DNA of 64,000 nt, from assembly GCF_009914755.1 (NCBI RefSeq), contig NC_060925.1; one strand, written 5' to 3'. Origin of the DNA: the human T2T-CHM13v2.0 reference genome, Homo sapiens. The stretch's first letter is position 1. Each line of letters starts with the position of its first letter. Under the pieces are notes generated by a model. That model was not told where the DNA came from, made no database searches, and saw nothing but the letters and a program-made list of their open reading frames with translations. Below are positions 43,558-56,998 of this stretch, one piece after another. A program made the translations under genes and the position numbers.

Positions 43558-43876
<319 letters not shown>

Positions 43877-44079
43877 TTATTAGATTTAGTTCAAAGGTTT
43901 CTGGCTATCTATCTGAAGCTTACCTGAGGGGTAAAAGAGGACTTTCTGCAGAATATACAGTAGTTTACAACTGTCTGGACTACCTTATTTTGTTTTGTTT
44001 TGTTTTGTTTTAAATGGTATTTTCACTCATACTAAAATGGGTGAGAGTAGAGTGATATTCCACCTTGTACCCAAAGTCC

Positions 44080-44119
44080 ATTGCTTCTCGGCTTTTTGGC
44101 AAAGATTAAGTGTAGTATC
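44080..44119 (+). pseudogene. 3'-truncated, tail-less U2 snRNA retropseudogene (U2 nt 1-40)
   Basis: ATTGCTTCTCGGCTTTTTGGCAAAGATTAAGTGTAGTATC matches U2 1-40 at 36/40 (U2 sequence from memory); flanked by TGTAC(C/A)CAAAGTCC at 44066-44079 and 44123-44136. Confidence 0.9.
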
Positions 44120-44175
44120 AAGTGTACACAAAGTCCAAATTCAAATGATACAATCTGTTTTGGAGAATATTGACA

Positions 44176-44421
44176 TTTATTTATTTATGAGATAGGGTCT
44201 GGCTCTGTCACCCAGGCTTGAGTGCAGTGGCACGATCTTGGCTCACAGCAACCTCCATCTCCTAGGCTCAAGGGGTTCTCTCAGCTCAGCCTCCAGAGTA
44301 GCTGGTTCTACAGATGTGTACCACCATGCCCAGCTAATTTTGTTTTTTTTTTTTTTTTTGGTAGAGATGGAGTTTTGCCATGTTGCCCAGGCTGGTCTCA
44401 AACTCCTGGGCTCAAGCAATC
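44176..44421 (-). mobile_element. AluJ, partial
   Basis: Right arm plus part of left arm. Confidence 0.85.
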
Positions 44422-45239
44422 TGGAGAATATCGGTCCTCTAAATGGCAATATAAAGTTCCTCAGGGTGTATAGCTTCTTGAACTGGATCTTAAATGGAAT
44501 CATTTCCAACTGTCATAGATTTTAGGCAGCAAAACTAGGGATGCCCCACTCAGAATTTAGAGATTGCTGAGTCTGGAAGTATACTTTAGAGGCAACAGAG
44601 TCCCTTTTCTTGATTTTAAGACAGACTGGGGATCTAGCCTCTTCTTAAAATCTCCCATGGAAAACAGATTATAATAGATGGGTGTCTGACAACTATTACT
44701 ACCACCAGGCAATGTGCTTCTTTGCTCATCTATCTCTTCTTTCTCCTCTTCCAGGCTTCATGGTTTTCTTTTTTCTTTCTCTCTTCCCCTATTCTTTCTT
44801 CTTTCTCAATTCAGTTTTCCTGCCTCTTTTACTTTCTTACCCACAAATGGGGGAAAAAAAAAAAACCAAATGTGGAAGTTCCTGACTGGCCACATTCCAG
44901 AGAATTGAGGAAATGCAAGTTGTTACATAACTGGGCGGGGCCAGTAGCATGACCTAGAGTTGAGGGAGGGGGAGAAAATAATTTTAAAGGTAAGAAAAGG
45001 CAAAATGGCAAATAAAGACAAATTAAGATATAACTTTAAACTTCTTTTACTTAAAATAATTCTCTGTGAATTCCATTCAGGGCATGCCATCTTTCTCAGG
45101 CTGTGACGGTTCCCAGAAGTAGATCTGAAAATTACCAAAGAGGCATTTTGGTCTGTACTGGTGTATTAAAACATGATCATCCTCATCAATTTTTGCTCAT
45201 ACATAAGTATTAGTGCCTGATACTGCATTAGAGCCATAG

Positions 45240-45482
<243 letters not shown>

Positions 45483-46552
45483 TAATGTGCTTCCTTTTCA
45501 ATGTCTAATGTTACTTTCAGACTCCTATAATATAGAAGTTCAGGCATTCTTTAAAAACAATGCTAACCACCACCAAAACAACAATAACCATAATAAACTC
45601 AACTTTGCTTTTTGGTTGGCAGAAAATGTTGAAAAATGTATGAAATTAAAGCCAACCGTAAGTAGTCTACCTCAGAAATAGCTGCTATTAACATTTTATT
45701 ATATGTATGACCATTTTCTATGTAATTCTATTTCATAGTTGCACTTTACATCTATAGTTTTGTATCTTTCAGGCATAATTTAGTATACTTTTAGCCATGG
45801 TTTTCCATCACTTTTCTGGTAGATGAGCTGTATGTATTCCTTTTCCTGCTGGGAAATAGAATGTGAACAAGTAAACTATGCAAAATCTCATTCTGAAGGA
45901 CTTTACAGTTGACTGGGACACTTACGTGGATTATCTGATTGCATGCCTGTACTCGATCTCAAGTGGAATGGTTCCAAAGACCTCTACCACGGCATTTGTC
46001 ACTCTATAATATAACTTCCCTTTTACTTAACTGTCTTTTAAACTTAAGCTCTGAGAGCAGGACTGTTTGTTCACCATTTTCACCCTAATGACTAGCATAT
46101 GACCTGATACAATGAAAATTCTATTTATGAAAAGACTGAAAGACTGAATAAATTACTAAATACTAAAATTCTAGAGGATCCACAGCTCATCAAACTTCTC
46201 CATAGTAGCAGGATACACCAAGATTAAGATTCCCAGAAGTAAAATTTTAGTTTCGATATAGATTTGTCTTGAAAAAGCAGAGAAAGATGGGAATTGATCA
46301 TCATCAATTGAACATGCTCTATAGATACTAAACTCAATTCTACCTAACATTCCTACAGTGCTTTCATGCTGAAATTTGACTGTTCCTCAAATACTTAGAG
46401 AAAATTAATTTCAGCTTCTTTCTACAGCTGGTAACCTTCTGTAACATCTAGGCCACTGCTGCCTGTATTTTGGAAATGTTGGCATTCCAGTTATTTGGCA
46501 TGCCCTCTAGTCCTGGTCTTACCCACAGGAACATTGTTAAAGAACTAAAACT

Positions 46553-46872
<320 letters not shown>

Positions 46873-47167
46873 ATTAAAACTATTCATGTCCTCTTGGACA
46901 AAGAAATGGATGACTTGGAGGACCATAATGGGAACATTATAGCCAATGGTTGAGAGAGCACGAGAGTGAAACAGCATGCAAGTCAAAGCCATTCCAGAGG
47001 TGTTAGTTTGAAAGAGGGCAGGGGAAAGCATAAACAGCTGGTTTTGCTCCGTAGAAGCCTCCTTATCCTCTTTAGCTTTGAACCAGATCTTGGCTCTCAT
47101 TTCATTCAAATACAAAACAGCTAATGAACTGAGATATCCTTCACAAATAGATTAAAGAATTTATACT

Positions 47168-47643
<476 letters not shown>

Positions 47644-48458
47644 CATATGATAAAACTGGTCATATAGTTTTGAGGCAGTATGCTGTGTACCTCTACAGCA
47701 GTTTGTATTTGTTTTTAAAGGTGCATTTAACCTACATTAATTAGAGTGTGTATGCAGTTCTTATTCACCCTTTATATAAAGTAAGAGCATTCGTTGAGTG
47801 TCTACTAAGTGCCAGGCTGCTTACATATGTTACATGCCTTATTTAATTGAATTGAATTCAGAACCTGCCTCCAGAAACATAATTATCACATTTACTTTGA
47901 AATTGGATATAGCCCTTTCCTTAAAATCCTACATTCAGTTTACTTAGCCCTATCCCATTACAGGCAAAAAAATTAACAATAATAATGCTAGAATTTATAA
48001 ACACTTCTCTGGTGAAAAATAGAGACCACTGAGCTTTCCATTCTACACCCTGATCCAATTTTCTTTCCGAAATTTTAAAGGTAACTTTTTGTATTACATT
48101 CTAATTAGCTGATAGCCTCTCTTCTCTTTTGCCATCCTTCCCTAGCACCCTCTCCTGCCACATAATGAAAGAATTAACTGCACCTAATCTCAAATTTAAA
48201 AACATAAAGTTAAATAAAAATAATTTGGACGTTGAAGACTTTTTCTACATCAAAGTCTGAGATGCTGTTGTGAGATAACTGATGAGTTATCCTTCATCTT
48301 ATAACTGTGCATTTTACTCATTGCTTAAATATTTCATTTAATTACAACTTTAATCTTGTTAAATGTAATAGCAATTTCAATTACCGAGATTAGTTGAAGG
48401 CCCAATAAAATTATTTTCTTACTGCTTTAGGATTACTTCTAAAGAATACGTGGTCCAA

Positions 48459-48588
48459 TTTTTTTTTTGTTTTAGAGATGGGGTCTCACTATGTTGCCCA
48501 GGCTGGTCTCGAATTCCTGGGCTGAAGCAATCTTCCACCTTGGCCTCCCAAAGTGCTGAGATTACAGGTGTGAGCCATTGTGCCCAGC
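48459..48588 (-). mobile_element. FLAM / Alu left monomer
   Basis: Single reverse monomer. Confidence 0.85.
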
Positions 48589-49293
48589 TCCCAAATTTCT
48601 ATTAATTTGGTTTTTGTTTTTTAATTCCTTGACTTAATGAACATTTATTGAGCATTCCTTGTATCTGGTGTTCTGCTAGGGAAGTGATAATACAAGAGTA
48701 AGCAAAATAGGCACAGCATCTACTCTTACAGAGCTTACAATTGGAGGTAACAGACATTAAACAAAGATTTACAAATATGAAAGACTTACAAATGCCATGA
48801 AAAAGAAGGGCAGAGTGCTATGGGAACATATAACCAGTTTAGCTAACTTAGCCTAATGGTTGGGGGTTGGAAAGTAGAGAAAGCTCGTCCAAAGAAGTTC
48901 AGATTTAGGCTTAAAGCATAGGTAGACATAAGAGTAGTCTGCGGAGAAGAATTACCTAGATAGAGGGAACAACTTATCTAAAGGCTCCGAGAAGAAAAGA
49001 ACACTGCTTATTCAAGGACCTAGCAGAAGGTCACTATAGCTAGAGTGGTGATACCAGGGGGTGGGGAGGGTTGTCAGAGAAGAGGCAGGCAGAGACCAGA
49101 ACAGAGGTCATCATAAGGATTGGAAACTTTATCCTAAGGGTAATGGAAAAGCAATGGAGACTTAAAGCCAGGGGAAAAAACTTTTTAAAAAGCTTAACAT
49201 AGCTAAAATGTGGAATATACGTACACATTAATTTACTATTTAATTTGTTCCAGAATGTGTTCTTACATCTTAACCCAACAATATTAAGAATTG

Positions 49294-49413
49294 TTTTTAA
49301 GATGGAGCCTTGCTATGTTGCCCAGGCTGGCCCCAAACTCCTTGGCTCAAGTGATCCACCTGGCTCAGCCTCCTGAGTAGCTGAGATTATAGGCACCTGC
49401 CACTGTGCCAGGC
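49294..49413 (-). mobile_element. FLAM / Alu monomer
   Basis: TSD AATATTAAGAATT. Confidence 0.8.
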
Positions 49414-49438
49414 TAATATTAAGAATTTTAACAAATAT

Positions 49439-49772
49439 GACCAGGTGAGGTGGCTCACCTGTAATCCCATTACTTTGGGAAGCCAAGGCTGGAGGTTCTT
49501 GAGCCCAGGAGTTTGAGACCAGCCTGGGCAACATAGGGAGACTGCTGTTTCTACAAAAAATAAAAAAATTAGCTGGGCATCGTGAGGGAAGCCTGTAGTC
49601 CTAGCTACTCGAGAGGCTGAGGCAGGGGAATTACTTGAGCCCGGGGGTTGAGGCTGCAGTGAGCTGTGATCATGCCACTATACTCCAGCCTGGGCAACAG
49701 AGCAAGACCCTGTCTCAAAAAAAAAAAAAAAAAAAAAAGAAAGAAAGAAAGAAAAAGAAAAAGAAAAGAAAG
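49439..49772 (+). mobile_element. AluJ
   Basis: Full dimer with long A/GAAA tail. Confidence 0.9.
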
Positions 49773-50012
49773 AACTTTTACATATATGGAACAAACTATC
49801 CAGGTTTTTGATATGTAAAAGTTTTCTGAGAATAGAAAAGACCCTGGGATTGTTAAGCAAAGCAAAAAAGTGCTTGGATGCATATTCTTAGTATGCCTTG
49901 AAGTGATGGACCTAAGTCCTAAGTTTCTTTGCTTTTCATCTTTATCACATTTTAACTTGAATTGCCAATTGAATTGGTACAATAATAATGTCAGGGAAAA
50001 GAGGAAGGTGTG

Positions 50013-50390
50013 TGTTATTTCGTTTTCACACTGCTATAAAGATACTACCCGAGACTGGGTAATTTATAAGCAAAGGGGGTTTAATTGACTCACAGTTCCA
50101 TATAGTTGGGGAGGCCTCAGGAAACTTACAATCATGGTGGAAGGGGAAAAATGGACCTTCTTTACAAGGCAGCAGGGAGAGACAAACAAAGGAGGAAGTT
50201 CCAAACACTTACAAAAACATAAGATCTTGTGAGAACTCACTCACTCATGAGAACAGCATGGGGGAAACCACCCCCATGATCCAATCACCTCCCTCCCTGG
50301 ACACGTGGGGATTACAGGTCCCTCCGTCAACATGTGGGGATTATAAATAGAGATCAGATTTGGGCAGGGACATAGGGCCAAACCATATCA
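50013..50390 (-). mobile_element. THE1/MSTA MaLR solo LTR
   Basis: TG...CA ends (...ccaaaccatatca); 5-bp TSD GTGTG at 50008-50012 and 50391-50395. Confidence 0.88.
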
Positions 50391-51786
50391 GTGTGTGCAT
50401 GTGTACATGCATGTACATGTTTCCCATGGTTTTGAAGAACAGATTTATGACAATGAATATCAGTATCACATTCTTAGTGCTCCAAATTACTATCTACCTG
50501 ATAAAAGTTAGGAAAGTAGAAACTAGAAAATATTAAAAGATTATGTTATTTTAGTTGGGTGTTTTAAGAAAAATATGGCAACTTCTAGGTAACTGAACAG
50601 ACTTTGACATGAAATATGTTGCTGTTAGATTAGGGACCCACAAGATGATTTCAGTAAGTACTGTGCTTCGGGTAGTAAAGAGATGCATGAACACTAAGGC
50701 CTTCTGCCAATAAAATAAGAGAGGCTAGGGTTTTTGTTTTTGTTTTTCAATACTTTTCAATCTTTCCTATGAGCATCTCTTCTTGTCTTCTCCAGATTGT
50801 GTCCATTAAATCAGCAGATAAGAATTTTAGGTGTGGTAATTTCTCAGAGGTATTTGCTTATTGGGAGTTGGGGGAAACCTTGAAGATAGTAAGATTTCCC
50901 TTAGTAAATATTAGGAGAATGGAGAAGTGAAGGGGGAGAGAAAGCTCTGAATATTATTCCCCAACTGTCACCTCAGTGCCTCCCAAATCAGAAGTTTCTT
51001 TTCTTCAATCTTGGACTGCAATGATTCCCGACTATTCTTCAGGCTAAAAGACTCCCTCTTTGGAGTGAATGAATAAATATACACTTGGCAAACTGTTTGA
51101 AAAAGGCTACTGACCCTTGATCTAAGAAATCTTGAGCAACAGGAGACCTGAATTTAAATGTCAATTTGTATCTGACTCACTATTTGAAGAGAATGAATTA
51201 CTCATTTGATTGAATCACTTAACTCTATGGTCTGAGGTGTGGTACTGAAGAGGAATGAATGGCTAGCTTCACACATATTGTGTACTGAGTATGCAACTGA
51301 TAATAAATGTGTTTCTGCTTTGATGAGAATGATTTACCAAGTTCCTAATTGTGCACAGGATTTATAAACATTCAGAATATATAGGATAAATATTAAAATA
51401 AATTAGGGCTTGTTACGATGTCATGGCACAGGCTGTCTATTATTATAAAAAGGGAGGAGGCCTGCTATGTATTAATCGTCAGGTTACCAAAGCTCTGGGT
51501 AAATTTGGTAAGAATGTTAAGAGTAGCTTCTCAGCAAGTACTGTGTTTGATTGAAAAGAGGCCATTCCATCTACTTGGACAGAAATGTGGTTATATTAGC
51601 CTGTTTTATGTGATAAAAGGTTTTTGAAAAGTTTTAAATCTCTAGCATTGGACTCACAATGTCCTAATATTGTGTTCTTTTCTGTAATCAGTCATGAATA
51701 AAGAAATCTATCTTCTAGCACTGGATGCCAGTAGATTTGAATGTGAGTTCAGACCTATGAGTATTATAGACAAAGACTAGATTGAG

Positions 51787-51922
51787 AGCTGGGTACAGTG
51801 ATTCACACCTAAAATCCCAGCTACTTGTGAGGCTGAGGCGGGAGGACTGCTTGTGGCTAGGAGTTAGAGATAGATAGCCTGGGCAATACAGTTAGGCTGC
51901 ATCTCTATTTAAAAAAAAAAAA
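51787..51922 (+). mobile_element. FLAM / Alu monomer
   Basis: A-tail; TSD AAAGACTAGAT. Confidence 0.82.
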
Positions 51923-51973
51923 GACTAGATAGAGTATTATTTTAAAAAATAATGTTATGCTGTAGTAGTTCTA

Positions 51974-52336
<363 letters not shown>

Positions 52337-55300
52337 TTATCAAGTTCAGTGTTGTATAATGGGCACTCAATCATGTATGTCATCATTAAAGGTCACAGGA
52401 AGCCTATAACAGGTAATGCTTCCATTTTGGTCAAGGAGCAAACTGAAGTTCAGACACCAAGATGGCAGAGTTAGAATGCATACTCAGGTCCGTTAGCTTG
52501 TGATCTTTCCATGAAATCACTTAGCCAAAAAGACAAACCCAAAAACAAAATCTGGTAGGATTAATGTAAGTAAGGAAGCTTCTCTTTAATTTCTTTTGGT
52601 TTAGATGTGATCTTATATCTGTAGGGGGGAAAAGGTGAACAATATCTATTGCAAAAAGAAAGATGTTTGTAATTCTACAAGTTTGTTGACTAGGACAAGT
52701 GGAAATAGATGAAAATGGAAAATGTGTATTAAACAGTATATAAATAGAAGGTAATAATTTTTCTGAGTCCTATTGATTTTTGAAGGTAATTTTAATATTA
52801 GTATCAAAGTCTTCTAATCTCTAAAATATACTACTATTCTTCTATTTAGCTAGAGATATTGTAAAGCTATTGAAGACTCTTATAAGATTCTTAGGAAAGC
52901 TGCTATAAAACACAGACTTTATTATTTCTGACCTCATGTGTTCCTACTTTGTTCTTACCCCAATTACTGCATCCCTCATATTGCATCCTAATCATTACTC
53001 TGAGCTCTCTACCAGCAGTTGGGTTTCCTCAAGGCAGGGACCAGGTCTCTTTCACTGTGGTGTCCATCATAACCAGAACAGTGTCTGAAATATAATAAGT
53101 ACTCAGTAAATGTTTATGGAATAAATCAGCAAACACTAACAAAAGGATTCATCTTTCTGATCCGTTTCTCTATTTCCAAAATGAGAAGATAGTAGTAATA
53201 TTTTCCTAGATTGCTTATCAGGAATGTATGATAACTGTTCATACACTCTTTATTGGAGATATGTGCCACAGACATAAATGGCTATTACCATGATTAGTAA
53301 GGGGGTAATTATTACAATTTTTATTCTGGTTGAAATCTAACCAATTAAAAAATCTAACCAATACACGATCACACTGGTCTTTAAATTAAAAAAAAAAAAG
53401 AAAAATATCTAACCAATAAATTTTCGGAAAGAAATGTAGGCTATTTGAGGTAATAGGTAGTAGGAGTGTCTATCCTTGGGCGCTCATGGTAGAAAGAAAA
53501 GCAGAACCCCACCGCGGAAATGAGAATAATCCCTCACTAGGTGGCTCTCTTTGCCGTGAGTGGGCGGCGCGTCGGGGCGGGGCGGGTGATTGGGGGCATT
53601 GTACTGCCGCAAGCGCTGCGTGTCACGCCGCATCATACCAGGCGCTGGCAGCATGAGGGGCATAGTCCACTTTCTATTTCGTTAATGACAATCTGTCCTT
53701 GGAATTTATTTCAAAGCAGGTTGTACTTTCGTTTCCGCTAAACTTATACCTGATGTTTCAACTGAACATTGGTATAGTCTTATTGGTGCAGGTCTCAGAG
53801 AAGGATCTTGAAAGTGCCTCTTCACCTGGCGTAGAAAAAGACAGCAGGAATCAGGTAGCCAAACCAGACCAAACCAAATCAAAATAGCCCATTAAAATCC
53901 TTATTTTAACTATCCTATGAGGGCTGCATTCTTGGAAGGTTTTATATAGTTACATATCCTAAAGTACTTTGGGATAGCTCCTTAAGTGACTCCACAATAC
54001 GAACCGAAAATATAACTTGTAAAACGTCAATTTCTTCAAGTCATGGATGATGAATTTTCCAGCTATTTCTCATACACTTCATATTATTATTGACTTCGTT
54101 CTTTATTTCAGCTTTTTGGCCCGAAACCTGACACAAAACACACATAATAAATATCCAAAAAGATTTGTTCTAAGAATGAAACTTCTTTTCCTAGACTCCT
54201 TTCACCAGACAGATGTATCTAGGGTTCGTTCTTCTTGATCCTCTTTTATCCGATGTTTTCCTCTCTAACTCAACGACACAGAATGACGACTTTTAAAACA
54301 CTGCAGACCCGTGAGAAGAGAAAGGTTGCAGAGCAGGGAGGAACTTGGAGGTCTGCCTTTAATAATCAAGCAGGATCCCCACTGCGGGGTGCCTATCAGA
54401 GTGATGGCGCTAGTCAGCCTTCCGGCTTGTCCCCGGCTTAAATGATAGAAAACCACGTGTTAGCCTTCTAGGATGTGTTCCCACCCTCACCCTGGCCTCC
54501 TCGCGGCAGGCTCGCGACAGCTAGGTCAGGAGGGAGTACGCGGGTGGGGTGGATTTGGGGGAGGGGTCGACTCGCCAGAAGTCGGCTATCCCCGTCGGCA
54601 GGGAAGGCATCGCGGCTGTCGTGTGCCGCTCTCCTCCCTCAGGGACCCCGTCCAGGCGGGATCCCGCCTCCCAGAGCCCAAGGCAGTTGTGGGGAAACCC
54701 CTTGCCCTTCCTCGCCGCTTGGCGCTGTCGCCTCGCCCTCCCGACTCCAGCCCGCCGCCCGCCAGCCTCCAGGCCATGCATCCTCTTCGCAGGCCCAGCC
54801 CTCTCCACGCCCGGCTCTGAGAGGAAACTACGGAGGTGGTTCCCGCTCGCAGGCGGGTGGAAAAGCCCATGGTGAATGCCTCGGGGTGTCCCCCCAGTTG
54901 CTGTGGGAAGTGGGAAGGGAGGAGGAAGTGGACTTCACCACCGGGGAGAACTATATCGATTCCTAACTTGGGGGAGGCCTTTAGATGGAAGGGAAGCCAA
55001 CGGGGAACCCTGGGTGGTTTCCTGGGAATCCATTGGCCAAGGGGAGGGTGACCCTGTCCGCACACATCGGTTACTATGACAATATAACCACAGCCTCCAG
55101 TTGCCATGGCAGCTGCCTATCCAATCCGATTGTCTTCTCTTCCTCTCCGGGCCCCACCTTATCCCCTCCAAGAGTCTCCCAGCGTGCATGGGGAGGGGCT
55201 GCAGCGAAGAGGAGAGGGGGTCCTTCGAGTCACTCTCTACGCGCGAGGGAAGACAGGCGTTGAGGGACTGCTGGGAGGAACTGTAGGAGGAAGGGGCGGC

Positions 55301-55804
55301 GTTTCCGGTGGGGAAGAGTGGAGGCGTGCAAAAAGGAAGAGGGAAATCGGCAGGAGTGATAAGAAGGGGGAAGACTTTGAGTGTAACTCCCGTTCTTTTG
55401 GCCTGGGTGTTCCCGGTGGTGGGATTGGGATTGCCCCCTTGCGCGGGAGGAGAAGGGTGGATTGGCAGGAAGCCGCCAAGCGCCACCAGCCGGTCTCTCA
55501 GAAGCCGCACAGGCGCCACACAGCTCGTTGATCCCAAAAGGGAGCGCTACAGAGAGGCGGAAATCACTGAGGGACAGGCGCTGCTGAAATCTCGCGAGAG
55601 GGACCCCCTCCCTCGCCCGGTCGCCGACTTCCTCTGCTTCTCCTCTTTCCCCCGCCCCTCCTCCCTCCCCCTCCCCCCCGGGTCGGAGTGTCCCTGCGCC
55701 CCACGGGCCAGAGCAGCAGCGAGAGCAGCTTTCCCCACTCCCTCCCCCTCGCCTCATTCACCCCCACCCCCCTGCCGAGCGAGGAGGAGCCGGAGGAGAG
55801 GAAG

Positions 55805-55858
55805 ATGGCGGCGGCCGCCAGCACCCGCGGTGCCGCGGGGCCGCTCCGAGGAGCCTGA
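55805..55858 (+). CDS. SMG7 upstream ORF, 17 aa (MAAAASTRGAAGPLRGA*)
   Basis: AAGATGG strong context; TGA at 55856-55858; out of frame with the main ATG and ending 47 nt before it. Translation is inferred. Confidence 0.6.
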   Translation: MAAAASTRGAAGPLRGA

Positions 55859-55905
55859 GAGACCCACGGAGGCTTCGCGGGAAGACGCGGCGGCGGCGGC
55901 GGAGG

Positions 55906-55934
55906 ATGAGCCTGCAGAGCGCGCAGTACCTCCG
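55906..55934 (+). CDS. SMG7: Nonsense-mediated mRNA decay factor SMG7, first coding exon (29 nt, phase-2 donor)
   Basis: ATG AGC CTG CAG AGC GCG CAG TAC CTC CG|GTGAGT = MSLQSAQYL(R), the SMG7 N-terminus; intron 1 runs off the right edge. Confidence 0.96.
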
Positions 55935-56908
55935 GTGAGTGCCGAGGCCGGGCTGGTACGTAGGGGGAGCGGGCCGCAGGTTGGGGCATGGAGCAACAGA
56001 CACCGAGGTAAGTCCGGGGTGGCGGGGGAGTTGCTGCGTCCTCTCCTCGCCGGGCAGGTCGGCGGAGACTGCAAGGGGATCTGCGGGAGGGGGCGGAACG
56101 GGTATGGGTGCCTAGCCCCTACCGCCCGGGCTGAGCTCTGGCGAAGCCGGCTCGTCCCGGTGCGAGGAGGGAGGTTGGGGAAGCGTGAGAATGTGCGCGC
56201 GCGCCCTTGGTCTCGGGTTTGCTAGCGAGGGGTGGAGAGAAACGTCCGGGGAGGCGGCGGCGACCCCGAGTGGAGGTGGGTGTGGAGGAGTCTGATCCCC
56301 GTGGCAGGGGACTCGTGGTGTGGCGTGGGATTGGTTGGAGCGATGCATGAGTAGAGGACGGGGAGGAAGTCTGCACACCTGGGGTGTTGGGGCGGGGGAA
56401 CCGCGGAGGGCAGACAGGGGGAGAGGGAGACCGCAGGAAACTGGAGCTTGTTCTTCATTCTCGGGTTGGGAGTATTGAGGAATAATGTCATCTGTAGTTA
56501 GTTGGCGGTGTGGGGAGGCGTGAAGGGGAATAGATGGGGAAGTGAGGAAAGAGGGAGGCACTGTGGACAAGGTTGGGTTTTTCAGAAGAAACTGGGTTAG
56601 AATCAGTGTAGTCGGAAGATACCATTCTGAGAGTCGTGTGTATTCATTAAGAGTGGTGTAAGGAACTTGTATGTCAGAGGTAGAGTGACACATGGGAATA
56701 GTGTGTGTGTGTGCGAGATGTGTGTCTGGGGTGGGGGGCGCGGCGATTGATGCACATTTCAGGATGAAGATGTAGATAGGTTGAACTTAGTACCTGATGG
56801 CGAGAACATATTGAATGGAAGGACACCAGCTTTTGTGTCAGCTGAAAGGTTCCATGGAAGCTGAGTAAGAGCTTGGAGGCAGAGGTAAAGTGGGTCAAAA
56901 ATCTTGAT

Positions 56909-56998
56909 AGAGAAAAGTAAGGTTGTTAGATCCTGAAATTAACTGGGGAGTGACTACTGCTTAGAAAAGGGGAAGACTTTAAAATTGGTCCTTTTTGT
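56909..56998 (+). repeat. 90-bp direct repeat, copy 1
   Basis: 86/90 identical to 58826-58915. Confidence 0.93.

Larger units (their letters stand above)
54380..56450. promoter_or_regulatory. SMG7: SMG7 CpG-island promoter (probably bidirectional)
   Basis: CpG-dense; CCAAT boxes in both orientations, RFX X-boxes (55070-55083, 55100-55113), TCTCGCGAGA (55590-55599), GC boxes, YY1/TISU motif (55801-55812). Confidence 0.9.

Noticed and set aside
46501-46513. CTCF-like TGCCCTCTAGTCC (and partial matches near 490 and 54400)
   Set aside because: Key consensus positions are missing; too weak to call without ChIP data.
54473-56693. Long ORFs over the SMG7 island, including the 305-aa ORF at 55308-56225
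   Set aside because: GC-rich low-complexity translations, many with GTG/TTG starts, crossing promoter, exon and intron; not in the SMG7 frame.
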